From assembly GCA_036555785.1 (NCBI GenBank), contig DATBKP010000173.1, positions 21,299 to 85,298 on the forward strand: a stretch of 64,000 nt of DNA, written 5' to 3'. This DNA is from Steroidobacteraceae bacterium (GTDB taxonomy: Bacteria; Pseudomonadota; Gammaproteobacteria; Steroidobacterales; Steroidobacteraceae). The translations under genes were made by a program, and so were the position numbers. Below are positions 34,651 through 43,937 of the stretch, one piece after another; positions within the stretch are counted from its first letter, which is position 1, and the number at the start of each line of letters is the position of its first letter. The notes beneath the pieces were generated by a model. It was not told the DNA's origin. It saw only the letters and a program-made list of their open reading frames with translations, and made no database searches.

Positions 34651-36171
34651 ATGGAACTGGCGTTGTCCAGCCGTTTCGACCCGCGTGTTTCGCGCAGAAT
34701 GTATGGCGTCGCTGCCTCCGCAGCGGTGCACGTCGCCCTGTTGCTCTTCATTATGTTCGGCGGCAATCAGTACGGCATCGACGCCGAAGACACGCCGACT
34801 TCCAAGCTGGTACTGATCGAAGCGCCCGACGCCGAGCAGCGCGATGGCGAGGATCTGCCGCCGATGCCTGCCGGCTCGACCGCGCCTAGCGAAGTCGAGC
34901 TCGAACAGGCGCTGGCGAAACTGTCGCCGCCGCAGAGCGAAACGATCGCGGACCAGGCGGTCGAGCCGGGTCCGATCGATGAAGTGCAGGCGCCGGTCGC
35001 CGCGCCGGTTGCGATCGCGGCCGTCGAAGGACCCGAGTCGACGATCACGATGCCTTCGAACGAGCGGGCCGCCTTGTCGCGACGTCTCGAGCAGCTGGCC
35101 GCGGAGGCGCTCAAATCGTCGCGCTCCGAAGTGACCTGGGAGCAGGATGGCCGGCAGTACAACGCGCTGCTGATCCGCGAGCGCGCGAACGAAGGCACGG
35201 CGCTGGAGCGGGTGACCGCGCAAGTCAGCGCGTCGGATCACGGCAGGAAGATGACGACGCTGGTGAATCTGAACCGACTGTCGTTCTCGCAGTTCACGCA
35301 GATGGTGGATCACTGGGATCCGATGGTGCAGATCCACGACGACGAGATCGTCGGCCGCTTCCACAGCAACTCGCGCTTCAGCCTGCTGTCGGACTCGCGC
35401 AGCGCGCCGAAATTTCTCGGCAAGGTGACCACCACCGCGCGCGGGTTCAACAGCGAGTCGATCGGCCGGCTGCGCGACGCCGAAATCTTTCGCGGCGGCA
35501 TCGAGACCGGCACCAGCGAGATCGAGTTGCCGGCATCGTCGCAGCCGTTCCAGTGGGCGCCGCGCGACGAGCAGGCGCGCGTGCACGAGCTTGCGGGCGA
35601 CACGCGCATTCGTTTCTTCCCCGACGGCAGCTATCGCTGGACCGACATCGACTCGGCGCAGTCGCATTACCTCAACGACCCGTCGGACCATCCGGTGTAT
35701 TTCATCGCGACCGGCAAGGCGGCGCTGCAGGTCGAGGGCGTCGTGTCCGGCAAGATCCTGGTGTACTCGCCGCGACGCGTAGTGATCGAAGGCAGCATCA
35801 CGTACGCCGACGATCCGCGCCACAACGCCAGCTCGGAAGACTATCTCGGCATCGTCAGCGACCGCGTGGTCGAAGTGGCGCCGCCCGCTGTCACCGGCGG
35901 TGGCGACCTGGAAATCGACGCCGCGATCTTCGCCGGCCATCGCTTCGTCGTGACGGGCATCGATCATCCGCGCACCGCGACGCTGCGCATCTACGGCAGT
36001 CTCGCGGCCGGCACGATCTCGGCGACCGAGCCGCGCTACGCCACCAAGATCGACTACGACCCGCGCTTCGAGCGCCGGCGCCCGCCGGGCTTCCCTGCCA
36101 CCAACCGCTACGAAGCGGCCGAGTGGGACGGCAAGTGGACTGAGCAACCGCAGCAATCCGCCGGCAACTAG
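34651..36171 (+). CDS. N-terminally membrane-anchored exported protein, unknown function (Pro/Glu-rich spacer + large beta-rich domain)
   Basis: GGGGGGAG precedes ATG 34651. TM anchor VAASAAVHVALLLFIMFGG, then an acidic Pro-rich spacer. The C-terminal region has repeated beta-strand patterns. The upstream part of track ORF 33529-36171 is a shadow. Confidence 0.7.
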   Translation: MELALSSRFDPRVSRRMYGVAASAAVHVALLLFIMFGGNQYGIDAEDTPTSKLVLIEAPDAEQRDGEDLPPMPAGSTAPSEVELEQALAKLSPPQSETIADQAVEPGPIDEVQAPVAAPVAIAAVEGPESTITMPSNERAALSRRLEQLAAEALKSSRSEVTWEQDGRQYNALLIRERANEGTALERVTAQVSASDHGRKMTTLVNLNRLSFSQFTQMVDHWDPMVQIHDDEIVGRFHSNSRFSLLSDSRSAPKFLGKVTTTARGFNSESIGRLRDAEIFRGGIETGTSEIELPASSQPFQWAPRDEQARVHELAGDTRIRFFPDGSYRWTDIDSAQSHYLNDPSDHPVYFIATGKAALQVEGVVSGKILVYSPRRVVIEGSITYADDPRHNASSEDYLGIVSDRVVEVAPPAVTGGGDLEIDAAIFAGHRFVVTGIDHPRTATLRIYGSLAAGTISATEPRYATKIDYDPRFERRRPPGFPATNRYEAAEWDGKWTEQPQQSAGN

Positions 36172-36257
36172 CCGCGCGCCGGGCCGCTGGCCCTATTCAC
36201 GCTTTTCTCACGACCGATCCGCCGGTCCGTTTACGGCCCGCCCGTAGTCTGGCGGCC

Positions 36258-36845
36258 ATGCACGTCCCCCGCACCACGATCCGGATCCATCCGCACCGCG
36301 AGGCGAACGCAATCGCAACGCTGACGCTCGCCTTCGCTACCGACCCTGCGAACCGCTGGTGCTGGCCGGAGACCGGCGCTTTTCTCGAGGCTTTTCCTGC
36401 GTTCGCGCGGGCGCTCGGCGGACGGGCCTTCGAGAGCGAGAGCGGTTTCGAGGTCGGTGACGGCGCCGGCGTGGCCCTGTGGTTGCCGCCCGGCGTCGAG
36501 CCCGACGAAGCGGAGCTGATCGACATCGTCCAGCGCACGGTGCATGGCTCGCGGCAGAACGAGCGGTTCGAGATGATCCAGCAGATGGGCCGGCATCATC
36601 CGCGGGGCCCGCATTGGTACCTGCCGTTCGTCGGCGTCGAGCCGTTGCAGCAGAGCCGCGGCCTCGGCGCGACCGTGCTGTGGCCGGTCCTGCAGCGCTG
36701 CGATCGCGAACGGCTGCCCGCGTACCTGGAATCGACCAGCCCGCGCAACATTCCGTTCTACGAGCGCCTCGGCTTCGCTCGCGTCGGCAGCATTCGCGCC
36801 GGCACGTCACCCGAGATCGTGCCCATGGTCCGGCAGCCCCACTGA
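36258..36845 (+). CDS. GNAT-family N-acetyltransferase
   Basis: Motif A QQSRGLGATVL; C-terminal NIPFYERLGF. Confidence 0.8.
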   Translation: MHVPRTTIRIHPHREANAIATLTLAFATDPANRWCWPETGAFLEAFPAFARALGGRAFESESGFEVGDGAGVALWLPPGVEPDEAELIDIVQRTVHGSRQNERFEMIQQMGRHHPRGPHWYLPFVGVEPLQQSRGLGATVLWPVLQRCDRERLPAYLESTSPRNIPFYERLGFARVGSIRAGTSPEIVPMVRQPH

Positions 36846-36966
36846 GCTTGGTTGGCCGCACCTCCCGCTACAGAACTTTTTTGACAGGCCGTCATCCCTC
36901 GCACTAGCCTGCTCGTGCGCGGATGCCTCGCGCCCGTGACTGATTACATAAGAACAGGCGGGTGAA

Positions 36967-39399
36967 ATGGAGTTGCTGACTCTCGCGCGCCGTGCTCGCG
37001 GCGCAATGGTCGTTGCCATCGCCCTGGCGCTCGCCGCCTGCGGCGGCGGCGGCGGTGGCGGCTCGCCGCCTCCAACTTCGAATCCGCCGCCTCCGCCTCC
37101 ACCGCCGCCGCCGCCGACGGTTTCGGTCACGGTGACGCCGGCCACGGTCGAAGAGGGCGACTCGGTGCAAGTCACGTGGTCCAGCAGCGGAGCCGTCCGC
37201 TGCGAGGCGGCCGGTGATGCGGCCTTCAGGGGAATCGGCTGGGCGAGCGGGCCGATCGCCCTGTCAGGCACGGTGACCGCAGGTCCGCTGCGAGCGACGA
37301 CCGACTTCTTCGTATCGTGCGCCACCGCCGCCGATGTGCCGGGCTCGGCGGGCCAGGGCGTCATCGTTGTGCCATCGCCGCCGGTGCTGACCCTGCAGGC
37401 GACTCCTCGAATCGTGCGCGACGGCCAGGCGACGCAACTCACCTGGACCGGCAGCCGGGTTACGGCCTGCGAGGCAGCGTCCAACTGGTCGGGCCCGCGC
37501 CCGACTTCCGGCGCGGAGACGGTCGGGCCGTTTCCGCTGGAGATCACGTACGACTTCAGGATGTCGTGCAAGGACTTGTTCGGCGATCCCGTCGACGCCG
37601 TGGTGTTCGTCGAGTCCCGCAAGGGCGCGAATGCACCGCCGGTTGCGGATGCCGGCCCCGATCGCAGCGAGGGGTCTGCGCATCGCGTCGATCTCAGCAC
37701 TTTCGGCAGCTCCGACGATCACGGCATCGTGTCCTCGATGTGGAGCCAGATCGCCGGGCCGAACGTCACGCTCCAGTTCGGCAACACGCAGCTCGACCGG
37801 AGTTTCACCGCGCCGATCGTCGACACCGACACCGTGCTGACCTTCGCGCTCACGGTGATCGACGACGAGGGACTGGCGAGCGCGCCCGACACGGTCGACA
37901 TCACGATCCTGCCGCTGCCGCCGATCGTGACGATCACCGGCAACGTGTCGTACCAGGAAGTGCCGCACGGTCCTGCCGGCACCGGCCTGGCCTACGGATC
38001 GCAGGATTTCGTGACGCTTCCGGACGTTCTGGTCGAAGTGCTGGATGCGAGCTCGCATACCGTGCTCGCCAGCGGCTCGTTCCCGACGAATTTCGTCTTC
38101 GACGTGCCGAGTGCGACCGATCTGCAGTTGCGTGCCACCGCCCTGACGTCGCGCCAGGCGCCGCAACCGCTGCCGCACTGGCAGATCTCGGTTCGTGACC
38201 TCGATTCGGCCGGCACGCCGATCGGTGACGTCTATTCGTATACGGGACCCGTTTTCAACAGCGGTCCCGGCGGTACGCAGGACTTGCAGATCCCATCGGG
38301 ATGGAGCTTTGGCGGGCAACTGATCGGGCCGCGCGCTGCGGCGCCGTTCGCGATTCTCGGGGCGCTCCGGCCTGCGCTCGATCATGCGCGCTCGACTTCC
38401 ATCGCGCCGCAGCCCGACCTGCCGGAGCTGCTCATCGACTGGTCGCCGAACAACAGCGGCGGCGAAACGTTCTTCCAGGCCGTGCCCGGCGGCACTTCGT
38501 ACATCGTGCTGGCCGGCGAAGCCGACGTCGACACCGATGAGTACGACCCGTCGGTGATCCGGCACGAGTTCGGGCACTTCATCATGTACAGCGTGTCGCG
38601 CGACGACTCGATCGGCGGTGCGCACGCGATCACCGACGCCGTCGATATGCGCGTGGCGGCCAGCGAAGGATTCGCCACGGCGTACGGCGCGCTCGTGTCG
38701 CACGACCCGGCGTACAACGACAGTTTCGGTCTCGGCCAGCGAAGCTCCGGATTCTTCAACCTCTCCTTCGATATCCAGCAGAACGAAGGCTGGTACAACG
38801 AATCGTCGGTGCAGGAGATCATGTGGCAGCTGCAGGACCTGGATCACTTCTGGACCGTGTTGAACGGGCCGCTGCGCAATGGTGATGCCATGGTCAGCCC
38901 GTTCGCGCTGTTTGCGGCGTACCGCGCAATCGAGCCGCTGCGCGCACCCACGGTCGATTTCCTGCTGCAGGAGGAGGGAATCGTCGGTCCGACGATCGAT
39001 GCCTACGGCAGCACCGAGACCAACAACGCGCATTCGATTGCCGTGCTGCCGGTTTACACGCCGATCTCGATCGGCGGCGGGTCGAAGGCAGTGCGCAGTA
39101 CCAACCAGTTCGGCACCGGCAACAAGCTGTCCGTGCACCGCTATCTGCGGCTGAACGTGCCGACAGCCGGTAACGTACGGTTCCGCGCCTCGGCGGCCAT
39201 CGGCCGCGATCCCGACATGCTGGTCTATCGTCGCGGCGTGTCGGTCGGACCGGCTCCGGGTCTCGCGAATGAAGATTTTTCGCTGGTGCTGCAGCCCGGC
39301 GACTACGTCATCGACGTTTACGATTGCGGCAACGCCGAGTGCAACTCGAGCGTGACGCCGGGGCCAGTCGACATCACCGTCACTGTCACGACGAGCTGA
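36967..39399 (+). CDS. Lipoprotein: PKD-like domain + HExxH metalloprotease candidate + pre-peptidase C-terminal (PPC)-like domain
   Basis: Lipobox LALAAC (Cys25, nt 37039-37041). Gly7 and Pro-rich linker. PKD-like NAPPVADAGPDR...LTVIDDEGLASAPDTVDITI. HEFGH at nt 38563-38577. The C-terminal domain looks PPC-like. Confidence 0.85.
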   Translation: MELLTLARRARGAMVVAIALALAACGGGGGGGSPPPTSNPPPPPPPPPPPTVSVTVTPATVEEGDSVQVTWSSSGAVRCEAAGDAAFRGIGWASGPIALSGTVTAGPLRATTDFFVSCATAADVPGSAGQGVIVVPSPPVLTLQATPRIVRDGQATQLTWTGSRVTACEAASNWSGPRPTSGAETVGPFPLEITYDFRMSCKDLFGDPVDAVVFVESRKGANAPPVADAGPDRSEGSAHRVDLSTFGSSDDHGIVSSMWSQIAGPNVTLQFGNTQLDRSFTAPIVDTDTVLTFALTVIDDEGLASAPDTVDITILPLPPIVTITGNVSYQEVPHGPAGTGLAYGSQDFVTLPDVLVEVLDASSHTVLASGSFPTNFVFDVPSATDLQLRATALTSRQAPQPLPHWQISVRDLDSAGTPIGDVYSYTGPVFNSGPGGTQDLQIPSGWSFGGQLIGPRAAAPFAILGALRPALDHARSTSIAPQPDLPELLIDWSPNNSGGETFFQAVPGGTSYIVLAGEADVDTDEYDPSVIRHEFGHFIMYSVSRDDSIGGAHAITDAVDMRVAASEGFATAYGALVSHDPAYNDSFGLGQRSSGFFNLSFDIQQNEGWYNESSVQEIMWQLQDLDHFWTVLNGPLRNGDAMVSPFALFAAYRAIEPLRAPTVDFLLQEEGIVGPTIDAYGSTETNNAHSIAVLPVYTPISIGGGSKAVRSTNQFGTGNKLSVHRYLRLNVPTAGNVRFRASAAIGRDPDMLVYRRGVSVGPAPGLANEDFSLVLQPGDYVIDVYDCGNAECNSSVTPGPVDITVTVTTS
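37042..37116 (+). repeat. In-frame GGC/GGT run (7 Gly codons, 37042-37062) and CCN run (11 Pro codons, 37084-37116)
   Basis: Read directly: ggcggcggcggcggtggcggc and ccgccgcctccgcctccaccgccgccgccgccg. Confidence 0.9.
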
Positions 39400-39404
39400 T
39401 CGCC

Positions 39405-39851
39405 ATGAAGCGAACTCTCATTGCCAACGCTTCGGTGTATGCGCTGCTCCTGATCGGATGCGGCGCCGTCCAGTCGCAGTCTGCGCCGCCGCCGCTGGAG
39501 CAGATGAAGCTCGCACAGCGATCGAGCAAAGTCTCGGTGCCCGTCGACGTGCGCTATCAGCTGCTCGCTGCGCCGACGCGCGATCAACCGGTCGCTCTGG
39601 AGCTCGCCTTCGTGGCGCGCGCTGTCGGGCAGAACCTCAAGGTGGAGTTTCCTCAGTCGCAGTCGGTGACGATCGAATCGGGCGGCGTGGCCTTTGCCGA
39701 GCAGAAGGCGCAGCCGGACGGTGTCGTGCGTCGCAGCCTCGTCGTGACACCGCGCGCAGCGCACGGCGAAGTGCGTGTCGTGGTTTCCATGGATATCGAG
39801 GGCGGCCGCTACTTCGGGGTATTCTCGATTCCGATTCCTCTCGACCGCTGA
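39405..39851 (+). CDS. Secreted/lipoprotein hypothetical protein
   Basis: ATG at 39405, 6 nt after the protease stop. Signal peptide MKRTLIANASVYALLLIGCGA. No recognised motif. Confidence 0.55.
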   Translation: MKRTLIANASVYALLLIGCGAVQSQSAPPPLEQMKLAQRSSKVSVPVDVRYQLLAAPTRDQPVALELAFVARAVGQNLKVEFPQSQSVTIESGGVAFAEQKAQPDGVVRRSLVVTPRAAHGEVRVVVSMDIEGGRYFGVFSIPIPLDR

Positions 39852-39859
39852 GGGCTGCG

Positions 39860-40360
39860 ATGACACTGCATTCGCCGACGCTGCGCACCTGCGCGGCGCT
39901 CATGGCTTTGACGCTCATGAGCGCGGGCAACGCCCAGACTCCGAACGCGCCACCCTGCGCGCCAGCCGCCATCGACGCGGAAGCCGAGAAGCAGGCGATC
40001 CGCGACGTCATCGCGCGCATGGAAGCCGCATGGAACCGCGGCGACTTCCGCGGCTACATGCAGGGTTTCGCCAATCCCGACGTCGTGTTCGTCTCGCGCG
40101 GCGAATTCCAGAAGGACTGGCAAGGCACGCTGGACCACTACATTCGCGACTACGGCAGCTCCGCCGAGACGCGCGGCACGCTGCATTTCTTCGACATCCG
40201 GATCGAGATGCTCGGACCCGACGCCGCGCAGCTCATCAGCCGCTACCGCCTGGATCGTCCGCAGCAGCCGCAGGACGGCATCAACACGCGGCTGATGCGC
40301 AAGCGCGACGGTCGGTGGGTCATCGCGCTCAACCACGTCTCTTCGCGCGAGCCGCAGTAG
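39860..40360 (+). CDS. SnoaL-like/DUF4440 (NTF2 fold) secreted protein
   Basis: ATG at 39860 with a signal peptide. Pattern IRDVIARMEAAWNRGD......RDGRWVIALNHVS. Confidence 0.7.
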   Translation: MTLHSPTLRTCAALMALTLMSAGNAQTPNAPPCAPAAIDAEAEKQAIRDVIARMEAAWNRGDFRGYMQGFANPDVVFVSRGEFQKDWQGTLDHYIRDYGSSAETRGTLHFFDIRIEMLGPDAAQLISRYRLDRPQQPQDGINTRLMRKRDGRWVIALNHVSSREPQ

Positions 40361-40361
40361 C

Positions 40362-40895
40362 TCACTTGCCGAACCCGGGGTTCGCGCTTGCGCCCGACAA
40401 CCAGAGCGCCATCAGCAGTACGTCCTGGTAGCGGCCTTCGAGCTTGCGTGCGCGCGCCTTCACCCCTTCGCGCGTGAAGCCGTGCGACTCATACAGATGA
40501 ATCGCGCCTTCGTTGTCCGTGAACACTTCGAGCTCGATTTTCTCGAGTCCCGCGGCGCGGGCCAGCGTGAGACAGTCCTCCAGCAGGCGGCGTCCTACAC
40601 CGTGACGGCGCCATTCGCGCCGCACGCCCATGCCGAGCGCGCCGACGTGCGAGAAGCCGCGCGGACCCTTCGGCACGACGTCGCACCAGCCGACGACCAG
40701 GCCGCCGGCGACGGCGACCACCTGCGACAGCGAATGGTCGGCGACGAATTTCAGGAAGGAGCGCGTCTGCTCGGGCGTGAAGCCGTCCGCCGTGGCGAGC
40801 CACCATTTCTCGCGCGCGACCGAATTGATGCTGTCGCACAGCGACTCGGCATCTTCCAGCCGCGAACGGCGGATCTGCACCTGGGCTTTCGTCAT
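40362..40895 (-). CDS. GNAT-family N-acetyltransferase
   Basis: ATG at 40895 (MTKAQVQIRRSRLEDAESL). Motif A RREWRRHGVGRRLL, then HLYESHGF. Confidence 0.8.
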   Translation of the reverse strand: MTKAQVQIRRSRLEDAESLCDSINSVAREKWWLATADGFTPEQTRSFLKFVADHSLSQVVAVAGGLVVGWCDVVPKGPRGFSHVGALGMGVRREWRRHGVGRRLLEDCLTLARAAGLEKIELEVFTDNEGAIHLYESHGFTREGVKARARKLEGRYQDVLLMALWLSGASANPGFGK

Positions 40896-40982
40896 GGCGT
40901 CTCCGGCCGGGAGAATAGCGCAGGCCGCCGTCCTCGCGACGATACTTGACGCAGTCAACTAAATCGCCGACAGTAGCCGCCG

Positions 40983-41915
40983 ATGCGCAACCAACGCCAC
41001 GCCGACCAGCACATCAGCGCAGTGCGCGAGTTCAACCGCTTCTACACGCAGAGGATCGGCGTGCTGAACGGCGGCCTGCTCGACAGCGACTACACGCTGA
41101 CCGAAGTACGAGTGCTGTACGAGATCGCGCATCGGCAACGCCCGCTCGCGAGCGACCTGGTCCGCGATCTCGCGCTCGATGCCGGCTACCTGAGCCGCAT
41201 CCTCGCGAAGTTCGCGCGCCGCGGCTGGCTGAAGCGCGAGCGCTCCGGCGACGATGCGCGCAAGGCGCACCTGCACTTGACGGCGAAGGGCAGGGCAATC
41301 TTCCAGTCGCTCGACGTGAAAGCGCGCGATGAGATCGGTGCGCTGCTGGCGCCGCTGCCGCTCGACCAGCAGCTGCAGTTGCAGGGACATCTGCAGAACG
41401 TACAGTCGCTGCTGGGCGCGCGTGCCACGACGGATCGCGAGCTGACGTTGCGCGAGCAGCGTCCTGGCGACATGGGTTGGATCGTGCAGAAGCATGGTGC
41501 CCTGTACGCGCAGGAATACGGCTGGAACGGCGAGTTCGAGGCGCTGGTCGCGGAGATCTGCGCGAAGTTCCTGCGGGAGCTCGATCCGGCCGCAGAGCGC
41601 TGCTGGATCGCTGAGCGCGCCGGCGTGCCGGTCGGCTGCATCATGCTCGTGCGGCATTCGCGCACCGTCGCGAAGCTGCGCCTGCTGCTGGTCGATCCGA
41701 GTCAGCGCGGAATGGGCGTCGGCAACGCGCTGGTCGCGGCGTGTCTCGCCTTTGCGCGCCAAGCGGGCTATCGCAAGGTCACGCTGTGGACGCAGAGTAT
41801 CCTCAGCTCAGCGCGCAAGCTCTACGAGGCGCACGGCTTCCGCAAAGTGGCCTCGGAACCGCACCAGAGCTTCGGCGCGAAGCTGGTCGCCGAGACCTGG
41901 GACCTCGATCTCTGA
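40983..41915 (+). CDS. MarR-type HTH fused to a GNAT acetyltransferase
   Basis: The N-terminal wHTH pattern (FNRFYTQRIGVL...LTEVRVLYEI) is typical of MarR-GNAT fusions. The C-terminal GNAT carries QRGMGVGNALV. Confidence 0.85.
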   Translation: MRNQRHADQHISAVREFNRFYTQRIGVLNGGLLDSDYTLTEVRVLYEIAHRQRPLASDLVRDLALDAGYLSRILAKFARRGWLKRERSGDDARKAHLHLTAKGRAIFQSLDVKARDEIGALLAPLPLDQQLQLQGHLQNVQSLLGARATTDRELTLREQRPGDMGWIVQKHGALYAQEYGWNGEFEALVAEICAKFLRELDPAAERCWIAERAGVPVGCIMLVRHSRTVAKLRLLLVDPSQRGMGVGNALVAACLAFARQAGYRKVTLWTQSILSSARKLYEAHGFRKVASEPHQSFGAKLVAETWDLDL

Positions 41916-41950
41916 GCGGAACGGATCGGCCGGACGCGCGTTGTCCGGAC

Positions 41951-42100
41951 ATGATCCGCAAACTCTCCTCCGGCGGCTTCCGCCTGTACTCGCGCAAGAA
42001 GGATCCGAAGACCGGCCGCCGCCGCAATCTCGGGACCTTCAAGACGCGTGCTGCAGCGGAGAAGCACGAACGCGCCGTGCAGTATTTCAAGCGTCATTGA
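41951..42100 (+). CDS. 49-aa highly basic small protein
   Basis: ATG at 41951 inside the longer track ORF. Sequence MIRKLSSGGFRLYSRKKDPKTGRRRNLGTFKTRAAAEKHERAVQYFKRH. I recall the pattern from unannotated small ORFs in other proteobacteria (memory only). Confidence 0.5.
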   Translation: MIRKLSSGGFRLYSRKKDPKTGRRRNLGTFKTRAAAEKHERAVQYFKRH

Positions 42101-42118
42101 CGCGAGTACACTGCCGCG

Positions 42119-43921
42119 ATGGCTTCCCGCTATCGCGCGCTCGCTGCCTACTCGGTGCTGCTCGCCGCCGGCGCCGGCGCTTGGCTCGTCGCCGAGCTGT
42201 TCGAGGCGCGGGGATTCCCGCCCGCCTGGGTCGTCGCGCTCGCCGTCGTTGCCTGCCTGTTCGTCTTCCAGTTCGGCCTGCGCATGCGGATCGGCCTCAT
42301 CTCGATGGAGCGCGTGCCGCAGATCGGCTTGCTGCTCGTGTTCAGCCCGGCGATCGCCGCCGCGATCTGCGCGACCGCGTCGTTCATCTGGCCGCTCTTC
42401 AATCGCGACTACAGCCAGGGCTCGACGACGTTCGCGGCGCTGCGCGCTCTGCACAACGCTGCGATGACGATCATCATGCTGCTGGCCGCAGGCGCGGCGT
42501 ACACGGCAGCCGGCGGTCAATATCCGTTGACCAGCGTGGGTGTCGCGGATCTCTGGCCACTTGCCGCGATGGCGATCGTCGCGCAGCTGGTGAACACCGG
42601 GGTCATGACACTGTTCTTCCTGTTCGACCGTCGTGACGTGCGCAGCGTGCTCAAGCCTGCGTACGTCCTATCGGACTTCGTGTTCGTCCCGGCGGGCGTG
42701 CTGGCCGCGGTGCTGTACAACGCCGGCCAACTCTCGGCGTTCGTGCTGTTCGCGCTGGTGATGCTGGTGTTCGTGTTGAGCTTCAACAGCATCGGTATCG
42801 CCGCGACCGCGGCCGAGCGTCGCGGGCCGATGGCGAAGCTGTTCGAATCGAGTCGCGCACTGCATGGCGCGCGCCGCATCGACGAGCTCGGCGAGCGCAT
42901 TCTCACGGAGACGCGCACGCTGTTCCGCTTCGACGAGTTCTACTTCGTGCTGGTCGAGCCCGGAGCGCAGATCCTCGACTTCCGGGTCCATGAGCGCGGC
43001 GGCGAGCGCCTGCCGGCGCGGACCAAGAGCGTCAACGCGGGCTTGTTCGGCTGGACGGTGGAGCGGCGCGAGCCGCTGCTCATCGAGGACTGGTCGCGCG
43101 CGCCCGCCGAGTTGCGTCAGCGTGCCGAGACGACCGGAAAGGAAACAGGCTCGGTGATCGTCGTGCCGTTGATCGAGAGCGGCACGGTGACGGGTCTGCT
43201 CAGCGTGCAACACACCGCTGCGGGCGTGTACTCGTTGGCAGACCTGCATCTCATGCAGCAGCTCGCCACGCAAGTTGCGCCTGCCGTCGCCGATGCACGC
43301 GTGTTCGAAGATCTCGAAGACTATCGGATGCGACTGGAGCTGCGCGTCGCCGAGCGCACGCACGAGCTGGAGAAGGCGAGCACCGAGAAGGAGCGGCTGA
43401 TCGCGGCGCTGCGCGAGCGCAGCCTCAGGCTCGAGCGCGAATCGCAGGAGGATCCGCTGACCGGTCTCGCCAATCGCCGTCACTTCGCGCAGCGTCTGGC
43501 CGCGGAGATGGAAGTGGCGCTGGCAGTCGGGCATCCGCTCAGCATTGCAGTGGGCGATCTCGATCACTTCAAGGTCATCAACGACCGTCTCGGGCATGCC
43601 GTCGGCGACAAGGTGCTCAACGAAGTCGCCGTGCTGATGCGCAGCGAGTGCCGCCCGTCGGACCTGGTCGCGCGCATCGGCGGCGAAGAGTTCGCGCTGA
43701 TCCTGCCGGGTCTGTCGCAGGAGCCCGGGCTGGAGTTCTGCGAGCGCCTGCGCGCCTGCGTCGAGCGCCACGACTGGCGGCACGTGCAACCGGATCTCAA
43801 CGTCACGCTCAGCATCGGGCTGGCGCAGTGGGATGGCAGCGCGGAAGTGCCGGAACTGCTGCAGGCCGCTGACATCCAGCTGTATCGAGCGAAGCGCGCG
43901 GGAAGGAACCAGGTGGCTTGA
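42119..43921 (+). CDS. Membrane-bound GAF-GGDEF diguanylate cyclase
   Basis: Polytopic N-terminus, a GAF-like region, a coiled coil, and a GGDEF domain with RIGGEEF and an RxxD-type context. Confidence 0.9.
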   Translation: MASRYRALAAYSVLLAAGAGAWLVAELFEARGFPPAWVVALAVVACLFVFQFGLRMRIGLISMERVPQIGLLLVFSPAIAAAICATASFIWPLFNRDYSQGSTTFAALRALHNAAMTIIMLLAAGAAYTAAGGQYPLTSVGVADLWPLAAMAIVAQLVNTGVMTLFFLFDRRDVRSVLKPAYVLSDFVFVPAGVLAAVLYNAGQLSAFVLFALVMLVFVLSFNSIGIAATAAERRGPMAKLFESSRALHGARRIDELGERILTETRTLFRFDEFYFVLVEPGAQILDFRVHERGGERLPARTKSVNAGLFGWTVERREPLLIEDWSRAPAELRQRAETTGKETGSVIVVPLIESGTVTGLLSVQHTAAGVYSLADLHLMQQLATQVAPAVADARVFEDLEDYRMRLELRVAERTHELEKASTEKERLIAALRERSLRLERESQEDPLTGLANRRHFAQRLAAEMEVALAVGHPLSIAVGDLDHFKVINDRLGHAVGDKVLNEVAVLMRSECRPSDLVARIGGEEFALILPGLSQEPGLEFCERLRACVERHDWRHVQPDLNVTLSIGLAQWDGSAEVPELLQAADIQLYRAKRAGRNQVA

Positions 43922-43937
43922 GCCCGCTGCGACGAGG

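Noticed and set aside
25717-36171. Idea that the candidate system sits on a mobile genomic island
   Set aside because: No integrase, transposase, tRNA gene or flanking direct DNA repeats were seen. Apart from the short AT-rich promoter region, the GC content looks like the rest of the window. The flanking similarity is diverged protein paralogy, not att-like repeats.
36181-36210. GGGCC-gct-GGCCC hairpin followed by tattcacgcttttctc after the 34651-36171 gene
   Set aside because: Only a 5-bp stem and an interrupted T-tract. Possible but unsupported terminator.
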